Assembly: GCA_022560735.1 (NCBI GenBank)
Contig: JADFSO010000001.1
Span: forward strand, 144,953 to 208,952
DNA length: 64,000 bases
Direction: 5' to 3'
DNA from: Pseudomonadota bacterium
GTDB taxonomy: Bacteria > Pseudomonadota > Gammaproteobacteria > Steroidobacterales > MnTg04
The notes beneath the pieces were generated by a model. The model was given only the letters and a program-made list of their open reading frames with translations. It had not been told where the DNA came from and did no database searches. A program made the position numbers and the translations under genes. Of the stretch, positions 47,000 through 56,346 are shown one piece after another. How positions within the stretch are numbered: the first letter of the stretch is position 1; every line of letters starts with the position of its first letter.

Positions 47000-48229
47000 T
47001 TGGCTGACAGCAAACAAAAACTGAAAAAAGGGCTGGTCCTGCCCGGTGGCGGCGCGCGTGCCGCATACCAGGTCGGTGTGCTGCGGGCCATCGTCGAGAT
47101 GATCCCGCCCGGCTCACCCAGCCCGTTTCCAATCATCAGCGGAACATCGGCCGGCGCCATCAACAGTGCGGTGCTCGCCAGCAACGCCGACAACTATCGC
47201 CTGGCGGTCGCGCAAATGGCCAGGGTCTGGCGAAATTTCCGCGCGCACCACGTTTATCGCACCGATAGCTGGACCATGCTGCGCACGAGTCTGCACTGGA
47301 TGGTGGCGATGATATCGGGTGGCGCATTGCTAAAACACCCGGACTGCCTGCTCGATAGCTCGCCATTGCGCAAATTGCTGGCTCGCGATGTGGATTTCGA
47401 CAAGATCGCCGCGTCGATCGAGCACGGGTCGCTGGATGCGCTGGCTATCACCGCGTCCGGCTACGGTTCCGCAAAATCCATTTGCTTTTACCAGGCACGG
47501 CCCGGTCATCGGCCCTGGCACCGAATTCGCCGTGAGGGCAGGCCGGGCAAAATCAGTCTCGATCACTTGATGGCCAGCGCGGCGATGCCGGTCATTTTCG
47601 CGCCGGTGCGCATCGGCGATGAATTTTTTGGCGATGGCGCGATGCGCCAGGCGACGCCACTCAGCGCCGCGATACACCTGGGCGCAGATCGCCTGCTGGC
47701 GATCAGCGTACGGGACGAGAAGGGTGAATCGCCACGGGATCGGGAATGGGACGTGTCGCCCAGCCTGGGCCAGATTGCCGGTTATATGCTGGATACCTTG
47801 TTCATGGACGGCCTGTACGCCGATCTGGAGAGAATCACCCGGATCAACAACCTGCTCGAGCATCTGCCACAGCAAAGCGCGGTGTCGGGGGGGCGATTGC
47901 TGCGCAGGATAGATTGCCTGGTCATCGTGCCCAGCGAGGATATTCGGGAAATCGCCCTGAAACACGCCCACCAGTTGCCGCGCTCGGTGCGTATGCTGCT
48001 AAGAGGGATGGGCGCGATGAATCGCGGCGGCAGACAGCTGATCAGTTACCTGTTGTTTGAAAGCGGCTTTACCCGTGACCTGATCCGGCTCGGTTATCGC
48101 GATGGCAAAGCGCAGGAGGAAATCTTGCGGGCCTTCCTTTATGACGAACCGATGAGCAGTTTGAGCGCACCCAGGAGCATGCGCGCAGATCTGTCAGGTG
48201 AGGAACAGCGTCCCGAGGCCGAGGAATGA
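47000..48229 (+). CDS. Patatin-like phospholipase family protein
   Basis: The oxyanion motif LPGGGARAAYQVG, the nucleophile elbow GTSAG and the catalytic Asp in FGDGAM are present. Length is 409 aa. Confidence 0.85.
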   Translation: MADSKQKLKKGLVLPGGGARAAYQVGVLRAIVEMIPPGSPSPFPIISGTSAGAINSAVLASNADNYRLAVAQMARVWRNFRAHHVYRTDSWTMLRTSLHWMVAMISGGALLKHPDCLLDSSPLRKLLARDVDFDKIAASIEHGSLDALAITASGYGSAKSICFYQARPGHRPWHRIRREGRPGKISLDHLMASAAMPVIFAPVRIGDEFFGDGAMRQATPLSAAIHLGADRLLAISVRDEKGESPRDREWDVSPSLGQIAGYMLDTLFMDGLYADLERITRINNLLEHLPQQSAVSGGRLLRRIDCLVIVPSEDIREIALKHAHQLPRSVRMLLRGMGAMNRGGRQLISYLLFESGFTRDLIRLGYRDGKAQEEILRAFLYDEPMSSLSAPRSMRADLSGEEQRPEAEE

Positions 48230-49549
48230 CATAAACCCGACGACATCGGTAATCGTCGTAAGAACCACGCCGCCAGCCAGCGCCGGGTCGACATCCATGC
48301 GCTTGAGAACGATCGGCACCATTACCCCGGACGCGGCCGCGACCATCAGGTTGATTACCATTGCCGCCCCGATGACCGCGCCGATTCGCCAGTCCTGAAA
48401 CCAGAAAATCACTGCCAGTGCGACTACAGTCGCCCAGCCCAGCCCATTGAGCAGACCGACGGCGGTTTCCTTCAACATCAGCCAGCGCGCGTTGGATTTT
48501 TCGACCTGGCCGAGCGCCATTCCCCTGATCATCAGGATCAGTGTCTGATTGCCGGCGACGCCACCCATGCTGGCCACGATCGGCATCAATACGGCGAGCG
48601 CGACGACTTGCGCCAGTGTCGCCTGGAACAACCCGACCACCCATGCGGCAAGAAAAGCGGTCGCCAGGTTGATGCCCAGCCACACCGCCCGGCGGCGCGA
48701 ACTGGTAAAAACGCCGGCAAACATGTCGTCTTCTTCATCGAGCCCGGCCATGCTCATCAGCGAGTGTTCGGCTTCTTCACGGATGACGTCGACGACATCG
48801 TCAACCGTGATTCGCCCGAGCAGGCGGCCGTCTTTGTCGACCACCGGCGCCGAACGCAGGTCGCGATCCTCGAACAAGCTGGCAACGTCTGAAGCCGGCG
48901 TCTCGGGCAGGATGCCCTGCAGGTCCTTGTCGATCAGTTCCGACACCAGGGTTTGCGGATCGTTGGTGATCAGGCAACTGATATCGAGGCCGCCGTGATA
49001 ACGGTCGTTGCGATCGACCACGAAAAACAGGTCGGTGCCCTGCGGTAATTGCTTGCGCTGGCGGGTGTAGCGCAAGACAACTTCCAGGTTTACATCCGGT
49101 CTGACGGTTACGGTGTCGGTGTTCATCAGGCCACCGGCGCTGTCTTCCGGGTAGGCCATGACCGTGCTCAGGCGCTCGCGGTCCTGATGGTCCATGGAGC
49201 GCAGGATCTGCAAGGTAATCGTTTCCGGCAGATCGGCGATCAGATCCGCAAGATCGTCGACCTCCATGCCATCGATTGCGGCCAGCAACTCTTCCGCATC
49301 CATGTCCTCGATCAGCTTGGTGCGGACCTCGTCATTGAGTTCGACGAGCACATCCCCTTCGATGTCCCGATCGACCAGCTCCCAGACGACTTCACGCTCC
49401 GCCGGTGGCAGCGATTCGAGCAGATTGCCTATTTCTGCCGGATGCAGCGCATTGATCAGGCCGCCGACTTGCGGCAGGCCGCCCGATTGCAACGCCGAGC
49501 GCAGCTTTTGTAGGCGGGTTTCCGCCGCTGTCAAAATCTCTGCCGTCAT
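48194..49549 (-). CDS. mgtE: Magnesium transporter MgtE
   Basis: It has an N-terminal MgtE_N region, tandem CBS region and a C-terminal TM domain with ITDVVGFMSFLGL. ATG 49549 is preceded by AGGAA. Confidence 0.9.
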   Translation of the reverse strand: MTAEILTAAETRLQKLRSALQSGGLPQVGGLINALHPAEIGNLLESLPPAEREVVWELVDRDIEGDVLVELNDEVRTKLIEDMDAEELLAAIDGMEVDDLADLIADLPETITLQILRSMDHQDRERLSTVMAYPEDSAGGLMNTDTVTVRPDVNLEVVLRYTRQRKQLPQGTDLFFVVDRNDRYHGGLDISCLITNDPQTLVSELIDKDLQGILPETPASDVASLFEDRDLRSAPVVDKDGRLLGRITVDDVVDVIREEAEHSLMSMAGLDEEDDMFAGVFTSSRRRAVWLGINLATAFLAAWVVGLFQATLAQVVALAVLMPIVASMGGVAGNQTLILMIRGMALGQVEKSNARWLMLKETAVGLLNGLGWATVVALAVIFWFQDWRIGAVIGAAMVINLMVAAASGVMVPIVLKRMDVDPALAGGVVLTTITDVVGFMSFLGLGTLFLT

Positions 49550-49664
49550 GCTGGATTCCTGTGATCGAATCGCCGTCCAGGCATTGCTGAGCAGCATGCG
49601 CAGTGTAACTAGGATATGGGGGGCAGGTCTAACCAGCGATCGTCAGCGAGCTCAACACAGGCCG

Positions 49665-50540
49665 TCAGGCGGTAGCGCCATCGCCGGTCAGTTCGTTGTG
49701 CCGGGTCAGAACGTTTTGGTACCTGGCGGAAAATCGGCCGGCCAGGTTTTCGCAGATATAGACTGACCGGTGTCTCCCCCCGGTGCAGCCGATCGCGATG
49801 GTCAGGTAATTCCTGTTTTCGCGGACGAACTCGGGCACCCAGTTCTGCAGCAAAGCGTCGATCTCGCCGAGCATGCGGCCAACGGATTCCTGCGTCTCGA
49901 GGAACTCGATGACCTCTGGCTCCAGACCGGTCAATTCGCGCAGGGCCGGCTCCCAGTATGGGTTCGGGAGGCAACGGACGTCGAAAACAAAGTCGGCGTC
50001 GCCCGGGATACCGTGTTTGTAGCCAAAAGACTGAAACAGCAGCGACATTCTTCCCGCTTCCCGCTGGTCAACCCGCTGGCGAACAATTTCCCTTAACTGG
50101 TGCACGCTGGTTCGCGAAGTATCGAGGACCAGGTCGGCCGCATCGCGTACCGGCGCGAGGATTTCCCTCTCCCGGCGGATCGCCTCGCGCAGACCGGTCA
50201 TGTCATCGCTAAGCGGGTGCCTGCGGCGCGTCTCGCTATAGCGATTTAGCAGCACGCCATCATCCGCATGGGTAAAAATCAGTTCGCAATCGATAGCGCT
50301 GTTCTTGAGTTCACCGATCAGCTCCGGCAGCCCGGCAAGGTCCTCTGCCCGGTTTCTCGCGTCTATCCCGATGGCAATCTTCTGACCTTGTTGCTTGCCG
50401 GACTCCCTGGTGCTGGCGACTACGTTGTCGACGAGTTTTACCGGCAGATTATCGATGCAGTAATAGCCGAGGTCCTCGAGCATGTTCAGCGCGACACTCT
50501 TGCCGCTGCCGGACAGGCCGCTGACGATAATCAGGCGCAT
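49665..50540 (-). CDS. rapZ: RNase adapter protein RapZ (YhbJ)
   Basis: It begins MRLIIVSGLSGSGKSVALNMLEDLGYYCIDNLP and has the C-terminal IAIGCTGGRHRSV. Confidence 0.92.
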   Translation of the reverse strand: MRLIIVSGLSGSGKSVALNMLEDLGYYCIDNLPVKLVDNVVASTRESGKQQGQKIAIGIDARNRAEDLAGLPELIGELKNSAIDCELIFTHADDGVLLNRYSETRRRHPLSDDMTGLREAIRREREILAPVRDAADLVLDTSRTSVHQLREIVRQRVDQREAGRMSLLFQSFGYKHGIPGDADFVFDVRCLPNPYWEPALRELTGLEPEVIEFLETQESVGRMLGEIDALLQNWVPEFVRENRNYLTIAIGCTGGRHRSVYICENLAGRFSARYQNVLTRHNELTGDGATA

Positions 50541-50553
50541 GCCGCTATTCCGG

Positions 50554-51027
50554 TCATGGCTGGCGTTCCTGCCACGCGCTGGCCGTTGCGATCAGCATTT
50601 CGTGCAGCGAGCGACTGTTGTTGCACTCACGCAGATCGGACTGCAGCTGAGGATCGCTGAGCACCTCCGCGGTGAGCGCCAGGATGCCGATGCTTGCATC
50701 CCCATCGGGGAACAGGACGGCGAGCGCGAGATCGACCGGCTTGCCATCCGGTGCGTCGTAATCGATGGGTTCGATCAGTTTGGCAAACGCGGCACAGGGC
50801 TGTTTCAGGCCGCTTGCGCGCCCATGCGGAATCGCTATCCCGTTGTTCAGCCCGGTCGACCCCAGTTGTTCGCGATTGGTCAGGCCGCTAAAAATTTCGT
50901 TTGGCGGCATACCCGCCGAATCCGAATTGCCAAGCAATTCGCTGAGAATTTCGAACAAATGTTTGCGGCTGCGTGCACTGACATTGCACGCGACGCGATC
51001 CGGCGGGAGTAGTTGATTGACATCCAT
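50554..51027 (-). CDS. ptsN: PTS IIA-like nitrogen regulatory protein PtsN (EIIA-Ntr)
   Basis: The phospho-His context is GIAIPHGR. It sits in the conserved position between hpf and rapZ. The start was trimmed to ATG 51027. Confidence 0.88.
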   Translation of the reverse strand: MDVNQLLPPDRVACNVSARSRKHLFEILSELLGNSDSAGMPPNEIFSGLTNREQLGSTGLNNGIAIPHGRASGLKQPCAAFAKLIEPIDYDAPDGKPVDLALAVLFPDGDASIGILALTAEVLSDPQLQSDLRECNNSRSLHEMLIATASAWQERQP

Positions 51028-51050
51028 AAGTTGCCACAGGGGGCCGGTTG

Positions 51051-51371
51051 CTAGAAATATCGCGTTTTCTGCGCTTCCCTGGCGTGATGATCCTGACGTT
51101 TTTCCTTGTGTTTTTTGACCTGGCGATCGAGTTTGTCGATCAACCCGTCGATCGCTGCATACATGTCTTCCTGTACTTCGTCCGCAAACAGCGTTGCGCC
51201 GCTGACCTGGACGGTCGCTTCCGCCTTGTGGCGCAATTTTTCCACGCTGAGTACACAATGTATATCGGTTACATTTTCAAAATGGCGTTCGAGACGCTCC
51301 AGCTTGTTGTCAACGTAATCGCGCAACGCGGGAGTAATATTGATGTGGTGACCTGTAATCGACAATTGCAT
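51051..51371 (-). CDS. hpf: Ribosome hibernation promoting factor (short HPF/YhbH)
   Basis: It begins MQLSITGHHINITPALRDYV, is 106 aa long and lies immediately downstream of rpoN. Confidence 0.92.
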   Translation of the reverse strand: MQLSITGHHINITPALRDYVDNKLERLERHFENVTDIHCVLSVEKLRHKAEATVQVSGATLFADEVQEDMYAAIDGLIDKLDRQVKKHKEKRQDHHAREAQKTRYF

Positions 51372-51406
51372 GCTACGCTCCTTGCAAAAAATCCATACCA
51401 GTGTGT

Positions 51407-52822
51407 TTAACGGGACGCCATTCGCCGGCGTTCGCTTGAAGATGGGATATTCATCGCTTCGCGATATTTTGTGACGGTCCTGCGCGCGACGTTTATACCG
51501 TCTTCATTCAATACCTTCGCAATCTTGTTATCGCTGAGCGGTTTGTTTCTGTTTTCCGAGGCCAGCAGTTTCTTGATTTTCGCGCGCACCGAGACCGCCG
51601 ACTGCTGGCCGCCGCCATCCGCAGACAGGTGGCTCGAAAAGAAAAAGCGAAACTCGAAAATACCGCGCGGCGTGTGCATATATTTGTTGGTGGTAACCCT
51701 GGAAATGGTCGACTCGTGCATCTCTACCGCCTCGGCGATGTCTTTCAATATCAGGGGTTGCATATATTCCTCGCCATGCTCCAGAAAAGGTGTCTGCCTC
51801 TCAATTATAGACGTTGCAACCTTGAGCAGAGTTTCATTCCTGATTTCGAGACTCCTGACCAGCCAGCGGGCTTCCTGGAGTTGCGCTTTCAGCGCCTGGT
51901 GATCGTTGCTGCCCCGCAACAAACGGGCGTAAGTCTGGTTGACTCTCAGTTTGGGAGAAACGGCGGAATTGGTTTCCACCAGCCAGATATTGTCCTGCTT
52001 CCTGACGAATACATCCGGGACGATATATTGGGGTATCGTGCTTTGCACCGCATAGCCTGGTTTTGGCTGGCAGGCGCGAACCGCGGTCAGGGCGTCTTCC
52101 AGAAGTTCCTCGCTGACCCGCAACATTTGTCGCAGGCGGGCGAAATCCAGCGATGCCACCAGGTCGAGGTGCTCCGCCACCAGGCGGTGTGCGAGCTCGA
52201 GCCCGGGGGTATCCGGCCGGAACTGTTCGAGTTGCAGGCGCAGGCATTCTTCCACGGACCTGGCGCCCACTCCGGCAGGGTCAAAACCCTGGACCAGGCG
52301 CAGTACTTTCTCCAGGTCCTGCTCGTCCGCAATGATTTCCGGGAGCAGAATTTGCTCTATTTCATCCAATGTTTCGGTCAGGTAACCATCGTCGCCGATC
52401 GCATCGATGATGGTTCTGCCGATCGCCAGTTGTTCCGGCGATAAATGCTCGAGTCCCAGCTGCCACAGGAGGTGCTCGGCGAGCGTTTCCTGGCTGCGGT
52501 CGATGATTTCCGGCGTCGGCAGGAAATCGTCGCTGTTCCAGTTGGATGAAGCCGGGCCAACGTAGTTTTCATCGCGCCACTCGCCGACCGCGACATCCGT
52601 TCTGGGCGGCTCTGCAGGTGCCGCCGGCTTGGTTTCCTCCGGTTCTGCGGTGGTGCTTCCGGGGTCCTCCCCGGTCTCGAGCATGATGTTCTTTTCCAGC
52701 GCTTCGCGGATCTTGGCCTGAAGATCCATCACCGGTAGTTGCAGCAACTGTATCGCCTGCTGCAGCTGCGGCGTCATGGTCAGCTGTTGGCTGATCTTCA
52801 GTTGCAGGGACATCTTTACCAT
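51407..52822 (-). CDS. rpoN: RNA polymerase sigma-54 factor
   Basis: The N-terminal Gln/Leu-rich region is LQLKISQQLTMTPQLQQAIQLLQL. An acidic region follows, and the C-terminal RpoN box is ARRTVTKYREA. Confidence 0.95.
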   Translation of the reverse strand: MVKMSLQLKISQQLTMTPQLQQAIQLLQLPVMDLQAKIREALEKNIMLETGEDPGSTTAEPEETKPAAPAEPPRTDVAVGEWRDENYVGPASSNWNSDDFLPTPEIIDRSQETLAEHLLWQLGLEHLSPEQLAIGRTIIDAIGDDGYLTETLDEIEQILLPEIIADEQDLEKVLRLVQGFDPAGVGARSVEECLRLQLEQFRPDTPGLELAHRLVAEHLDLVASLDFARLRQMLRVSEELLEDALTAVRACQPKPGYAVQSTIPQYIVPDVFVRKQDNIWLVETNSAVSPKLRVNQTYARLLRGSNDHQALKAQLQEARWLVRSLEIRNETLLKVATSIIERQTPFLEHGEEYMQPLILKDIAEAVEMHESTISRVTTNKYMHTPRGIFEFRFFFSSHLSADGGGQQSAVSVRAKIKKLLASENRNKPLSDNKIAKVLNEDGINVARRTVTKYREAMNIPSSSERRRMASR

Positions 52823-52870
52823 AAGCCGGGTTACCCCCTGGCCGGGCTGGCAGATTGGTGAAAAAGCCTG

Positions 52871-53596
52871 CTAAAGGCGGAACGATTCGCCCAAATATAC
52901 TTCACGCACTTCCCGGCTGGATAATATGTCATCCGTATCTCCCTCCGCGATGACCTTTCCCTGATGCAGAATATAGGCTCTTTTGCAAATTCCCAGTGTC
53001 TCTCTCACATTATGGTCGGTAATCAGGACGCCAATGTTGCGCTCGGTCAACTGGGTAATCACTCTTTGAATATCGAGCACGGAAATTGGATCGACGCCGG
53101 CGAAGGGCTCATCCAGCAATATAAAGCGGGGCCGCGCCGCCAGGGCACGGGCGATTTCAACGCGGCGGCGCTCACCACCCGACAGGCTGATACCCAGCGA
53201 GTTTCGGACCGGCGCGATATGCAGGTCTTCGAGCAATTCCTCCAGCTCCGATTCCTGGCTGGCCCGATCGAGATTCGTACGCAATTCGAGGATCGCGCTA
53301 ATGTTTTGCTCGACCGTCAGCTTGCGAAAAATGGAGGCTTCCTGGGGCAAGTAACCCAGGCCGAGTTGCGCGCGTTTGTGCAACGGCAGCCCGGTCAAAT
53401 CGGTATCGTCCAGCATGATGCGACCGCGGTCGCAGGGGATCAGGCCAACGATCATGTAAAAAGCCGTCGTCTTGCCGGCGCCGTTCGGTCCGAGCAAACC
53501 GACGACCTCGCCTTCCGAAACCTCTATCGAGACGTCAGCCACGACGCAGCGCGAGCGATAGCTTTTGGTCAGGCCGGTCGCCACCAGGTGGGTCAC
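52871..53596 (-). CDS. lptB: LPS export ABC transporter ATP-binding protein
   Basis: Walker A is GPNGAGKTT, the signature is [12 protein letters not shown] and Walker B is ILLDEPFAG. The GTG start overlaps the lptA stop (GTGA). Confidence 0.95.
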   Translation of the reverse strand: MTHLVATGLTKSYRSRCVVADVSIEVSEGEVVGLLGPNGAGKTTAFYMIVGLIPCDRGRIMLDDTDLTGLPLHKRAQLGLGYLPQEASIFRKLTVEQNISAILELRTNLDRASQESELEELLEDLHIAPVRNSLGISLSGGERRRVEIARALAARPRFILLDEPFAGVDPISVLDIQRVITQLTERNIGVLITDHNVRETLGICKRAYILHQGKVIAEGDTDDILSSREVREVYLGESFRL

Positions 53597-54291
53597 AGTT
53601 CGTCCTCCCGCGCCAGAGCAGATTCTGCAGGGCTGGTTTCGGCCGACTCTTTGTCGCTGGTTTCGGTCGGTTCTTTATCGCTGATTTCGGTCAACTCATT
53701 AGCGCCGGTCTCTTCCGGAGTGATAGTGATTCGAACCCCCTGGGATGCGTCATCCAAAGACCCGGCAACCACTTGCTCCGCATTGAAGTCATACAGCAAA
53801 GTGTTGCCGCTGATTTCGCTGATCCCCGATCTGAGTACCGCGTCGCCGGTCAGACTCAGGGTTCCGGCCTCACGGTTGTAGACCAGTTCGCTGGCCTGGC
53901 CGAATATTGCCTCGTCGCTGTCACTGGATTCCCAATTGATGGTTGCCGGTTGACCGCTGATGCTGGCACGAACCAGGCGATGATCCTGGAAGTTAATTAC
54001 GGCTTTGTCTCCTGAAATCAGCGCTTCCACCGTGCTGATCTGAACGTTCCCGGTGAAAATCCAGGCAGCATTTTCAAATTCCAGTTCTGTTGCCTCCGCC
54101 AAATTCGCACTGACGCTCATCTCGCCCTGGCTGATGGTGACCTCCGCAAAAACCAGGTGACCGCTGTTGCGATCATAGGTGGAAGACTTGGCCTGCAGGT
54201 CTATGGCCTGCGGAATTTCCTGGCCATAGGAGGCGGAGGCAAGCAGCACAAACAGCAGCAAAGGCCTGGATTTAGGGTTCAAAATGCGCAT
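53593..54291 (-). CDS. lptA: LPS transport periplasmic protein LptA with an acidic repeat C-terminal extension
   Basis: It has a signal peptide and an OstA-like beta-jellyroll region, and lies between lptC and lptB. At 232 aa it is longer than the roughly 185 aa of E. coli LptA because of a Glu/Ser/Thr/Lys-rich tail. Confidence 0.85.
   Translation of the reverse strand: MRILNPKSRPLLLFVLLASASYGQEIPQAIDLQAKSSTYDRNSGHLVFAEVTISQGEMSVSANLAEATELEFENAAWIFTGNVQISTVEALISGDKAVINFQDHRLVRASISGQPATINWESSDSDEAIFGQASELVYNREAGTLSLTGDAVLRSGISEISGNTLLYDFNAEQVVAGSLDDASQGVRITITPEETGANELTEISDKEPTETSDKESAETSPAESALAREDEL
53625..53696 (-). repeat. Three degenerate tandem 24-bp repeats within the lptA 3' end
   Basis: Units at 53625-53648, 53649-53672 and 53673-53696 match 19/24 between units 2 and 3 and 16/24 between units 1 and 2. 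They encode TEISDKEP / TETSDKES / AETSPAES. Confidence 0.8.
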
Positions 54292-54829
54292 TGACTGCCG
54301 ATCGTAGCTCGACCGTGTTGGCCTTCAAGTCCGCGGTCATCCCGGTCGCCGTCATCCGGTAGCCAGCCAACTCGACAATCACGTCGGCATCGGTGCTGGC
54401 GATGGAATTGACCGGGTCGAAAACCAGTTCACTGGTCCTGATCAGGCGCATGGAGTTTGCGCCTTTTTGATGCGCCTGCACGTTGTCCCGCAACACGATT
54501 TTGCGGCCATCGTCCATAATCTCTCCTTCATTTGCGCTTAGCTCCCAGCCCTGGTCTGGCTCACTGCCCGGGTAGCTGACCCGCACCATGCTCAAACGCA
54601 CCAGTTTACTGTTTGGAAACTGTTCGATCCGGACTGCCTGCAGGCGGTATAACGGTTTTCCCCGACTGTCACTCTGTTCGAGTATAGCGTCAGTCAGGTA
54701 GTAACCTGCAACCGCTTGGGCTGCCGATGGCTCCGGCTCAGCGGAATCCGGCGAGCGGTCCAAAAACTGGCGGCTGAACGCCAACGCCGCAAGCAATATT
54801 ACGAAGGCAATTATTCCCCTCAAGTTCAC
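54272..54829 (-). CDS. lptC: LPS export system protein LptC
   Basis: It has an N-terminal TM anchor (GIIAFVILLAALAF) followed by an LptC fold. The GTG start forms a GTGA overlap with the kdsC stop. The track start at 54955 lies inside kdsC. Confidence 0.85.
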   Translation of the reverse strand: MNLRGIIAFVILLAALAFSRQFLDRSPDSAEPEPSAAQAVAGYYLTDAILEQSDSRGKPLYRLQAVRIEQFPNSKLVRLSMVRVSYPGSEPDQGWELSANEGEIMDDGRKIVLRDNVQAHQKGANSMRLIRTSELVFDPVNSIASTDADVIVELAGYRMTATGMTADLKANTVELRSAVNAHFEP

Positions 54830-55332
54830 TGGCGATAACTTCCCCGGGCTTCGCGGATCAGATCGCAGGCTTCGCGTACCGCACCATTGCCGCCGCTTTT
54901 TTGACTGCGCCATTTTGCACAGGCTAAAAGCTGCGGGTGCGCATCGGCTACGCAAAGCGGCAGGGCGACCGTTTGCATGGCTTCCAGGTCGGGAATATCG
55001 TCACCCATAAAGGCGCATACAGCGCTGCCCAGGCCCAGTTCTTTCAGTAGTCCTTGCAAAGTGGAAAATTTGTCGCTACATCCCTGGCAGACATGTTTGA
55101 CACCCAGTTCGTCCATCCGGCGAGTGACCGCAGCGGATTGCCGGCCCGAAATGATTGCCACCTGGACACCCGCGGCCTGCAATTGCCTGATGCCATAGCC
55201 ATCGCGCACATGAAATGCCTTGGTTTCATCGCCCTTTGCTGAAAAATAAAGACGTCCATCGGTCAGCACGCCATCGACATCGAGAATCAACAGCTCAATG
55301 GATGCCGCCAGTTTTTCAAGATCGGCGTTCAC
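54826..55332 (-). CDS. kdsC: 3-deoxy-D-manno-octulosonate 8-phosphate phosphatase
   Basis: It has the HAD motif I LILDVDGVLTDG, plus GDDIPDL. Length is 168 aa. Confidence 0.92.
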   Translation of the reverse strand: MNADLEKLAASIELLILDVDGVLTDGRLYFSAKGDETKAFHVRDGYGIRQLQAAGVQVAIISGRQSAAVTRRMDELGVKHVCQGCSDKFSTLQGLLKELGLGSAVCAFMGDDIPDLEAMQTVALPLCVADAHPQLLACAKWRSQKSGGNGAVREACDLIREARGSYRQ

Positions 55333-55335
55333 CAG

Positions 55336-56316
55336 CTATATTATCCCCGCGCGAAGCAGGTCGTGAACGTTCAAAGCGCCGATCACCTTGTCGTCTTCGT
55401 CGACGACGATCAGGGCAGTGATCTTGTGGGCGTCCAGCAGATGGACGGCTTCCGCCGCCAGCATGTCTGCGCGCACCGTCTTGCCGTTTTCGGTCATGAC
55501 CTGCTCGATCCGGGTCGTGTGAATATCGACAGCGTTGTCCAGGCTGCGCCTCAGGTCGCCATCGGTGAACACGCCGGCCAGTTTCCCGTCTTTATCCACG
55601 ATCGCCGTCATGCCCAGGCCTTTGCGGCTCATTTCCAGCAACCCCTCGCTCAATGGCGTGCCGATGGCCACCCTGGGGACCGATTCGCCGGTATGCATCA
55701 ACTCCTCGACATGCAGCAACAGGCGTCTGCCCAGGGTCCCGCCCGGGTGCGAGCGCGCAAAGTCCTCCTCGGTAAAGCCCCTGGACTCGAGCAACGCCAC
55801 GGCCAGGGCATCCCCCATCGCGAGTGTCGCCGTCGTGCTCGCCGTCGGCGCCAGGTTCATCGGGCAGGCCTCTACGGCAACGCTGACATCGAGATTGATG
55901 TCGGCGGCCTTTGCCAGCGTCGAGTCGGGATTCCCGGTCAAGGTTATCATGGGTATGCCGAGCCGCTTGATCAGCGGCAGGATAGTAATAATTTCCCTGG
56001 TCTCGCCGGAATTCGAGACGGCCAGCAACAGGTCTTCGCCGGTAATCATGCCGAGGTCGCCGTGGCTCGCCTCACCGGAGTGAACGAAAAACGCCGGGCT
56101 GCCGGTGCTGGCCAGCGTGGCTGCAATCTTGTTGCCGATATGACCGGACTTGCCCATGCCGGTTACGACAATGCGCCCGCGGCAGTCGATGCAAAGCTGG
56201 CAGGCCCTGGAGAACAAATCGTCGATCCGGTCCGCCAGCGCGGTCACGGCCTGCGCTTCGATGACCAGCACCTTGCGAGCCAGCGATTGCACTTTGTCTT
56301 TGTCTATAGTTGGCAT
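55336..56316 (-). CDS. kdsD: Arabinose-5-phosphate isomerase (SIS + tandem CBS)
   Basis: The SIS domain reads GRIVVTGMGKSGHIG ... SNSGET, followed by two CBS modules. Length is 326 aa. Confidence 0.92.
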   Translation of the reverse strand: MPTIDKDKVQSLARKVLVIEAQAVTALADRIDDLFSRACQLCIDCRGRIVVTGMGKSGHIGNKIAATLASTGSPAFFVHSGEASHGDLGMITGEDLLLAVSNSGETREIITILPLIKRLGIPMITLTGNPDSTLAKAADINLDVSVAVEACPMNLAPTASTTATLAMGDALAVALLESRGFTEEDFARSHPGGTLGRRLLLHVEELMHTGESVPRVAIGTPLSEGLLEMSRKGLGMTAIVDKDGKLAGVFTDGDLRRSLDNAVDIHTTRIEQVMTENGKTVRADMLAAEAVHLLDAHKITALIVVDEDDKVIGALNVHDLLRAGII

Positions 56317-56346
56317 GATTCACTCAGACTGGCGCACATTGCGAAC

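Noticed and set aside
47000-48229. The patatin-like phospholipase as a CBASS (CapV-like) or other defence effector.
   Set aside because: No cyclase/CD-NTase, SMODS, E1/E2/JAB or other defence partner is adjacent. The neighbours are an alcohol dehydrogenase and mgtE. It looks like a stand-alone housekeeping-type patatin (RssA/YchK-like).
53625-53696. Tandem 24-bp repeats as a possible CRISPR-like or noncoding VNTR array.
   Set aside because: There are only three degenerate units with no spacers, and they lie fully in frame within lptA. They encode an octapeptide repeat.
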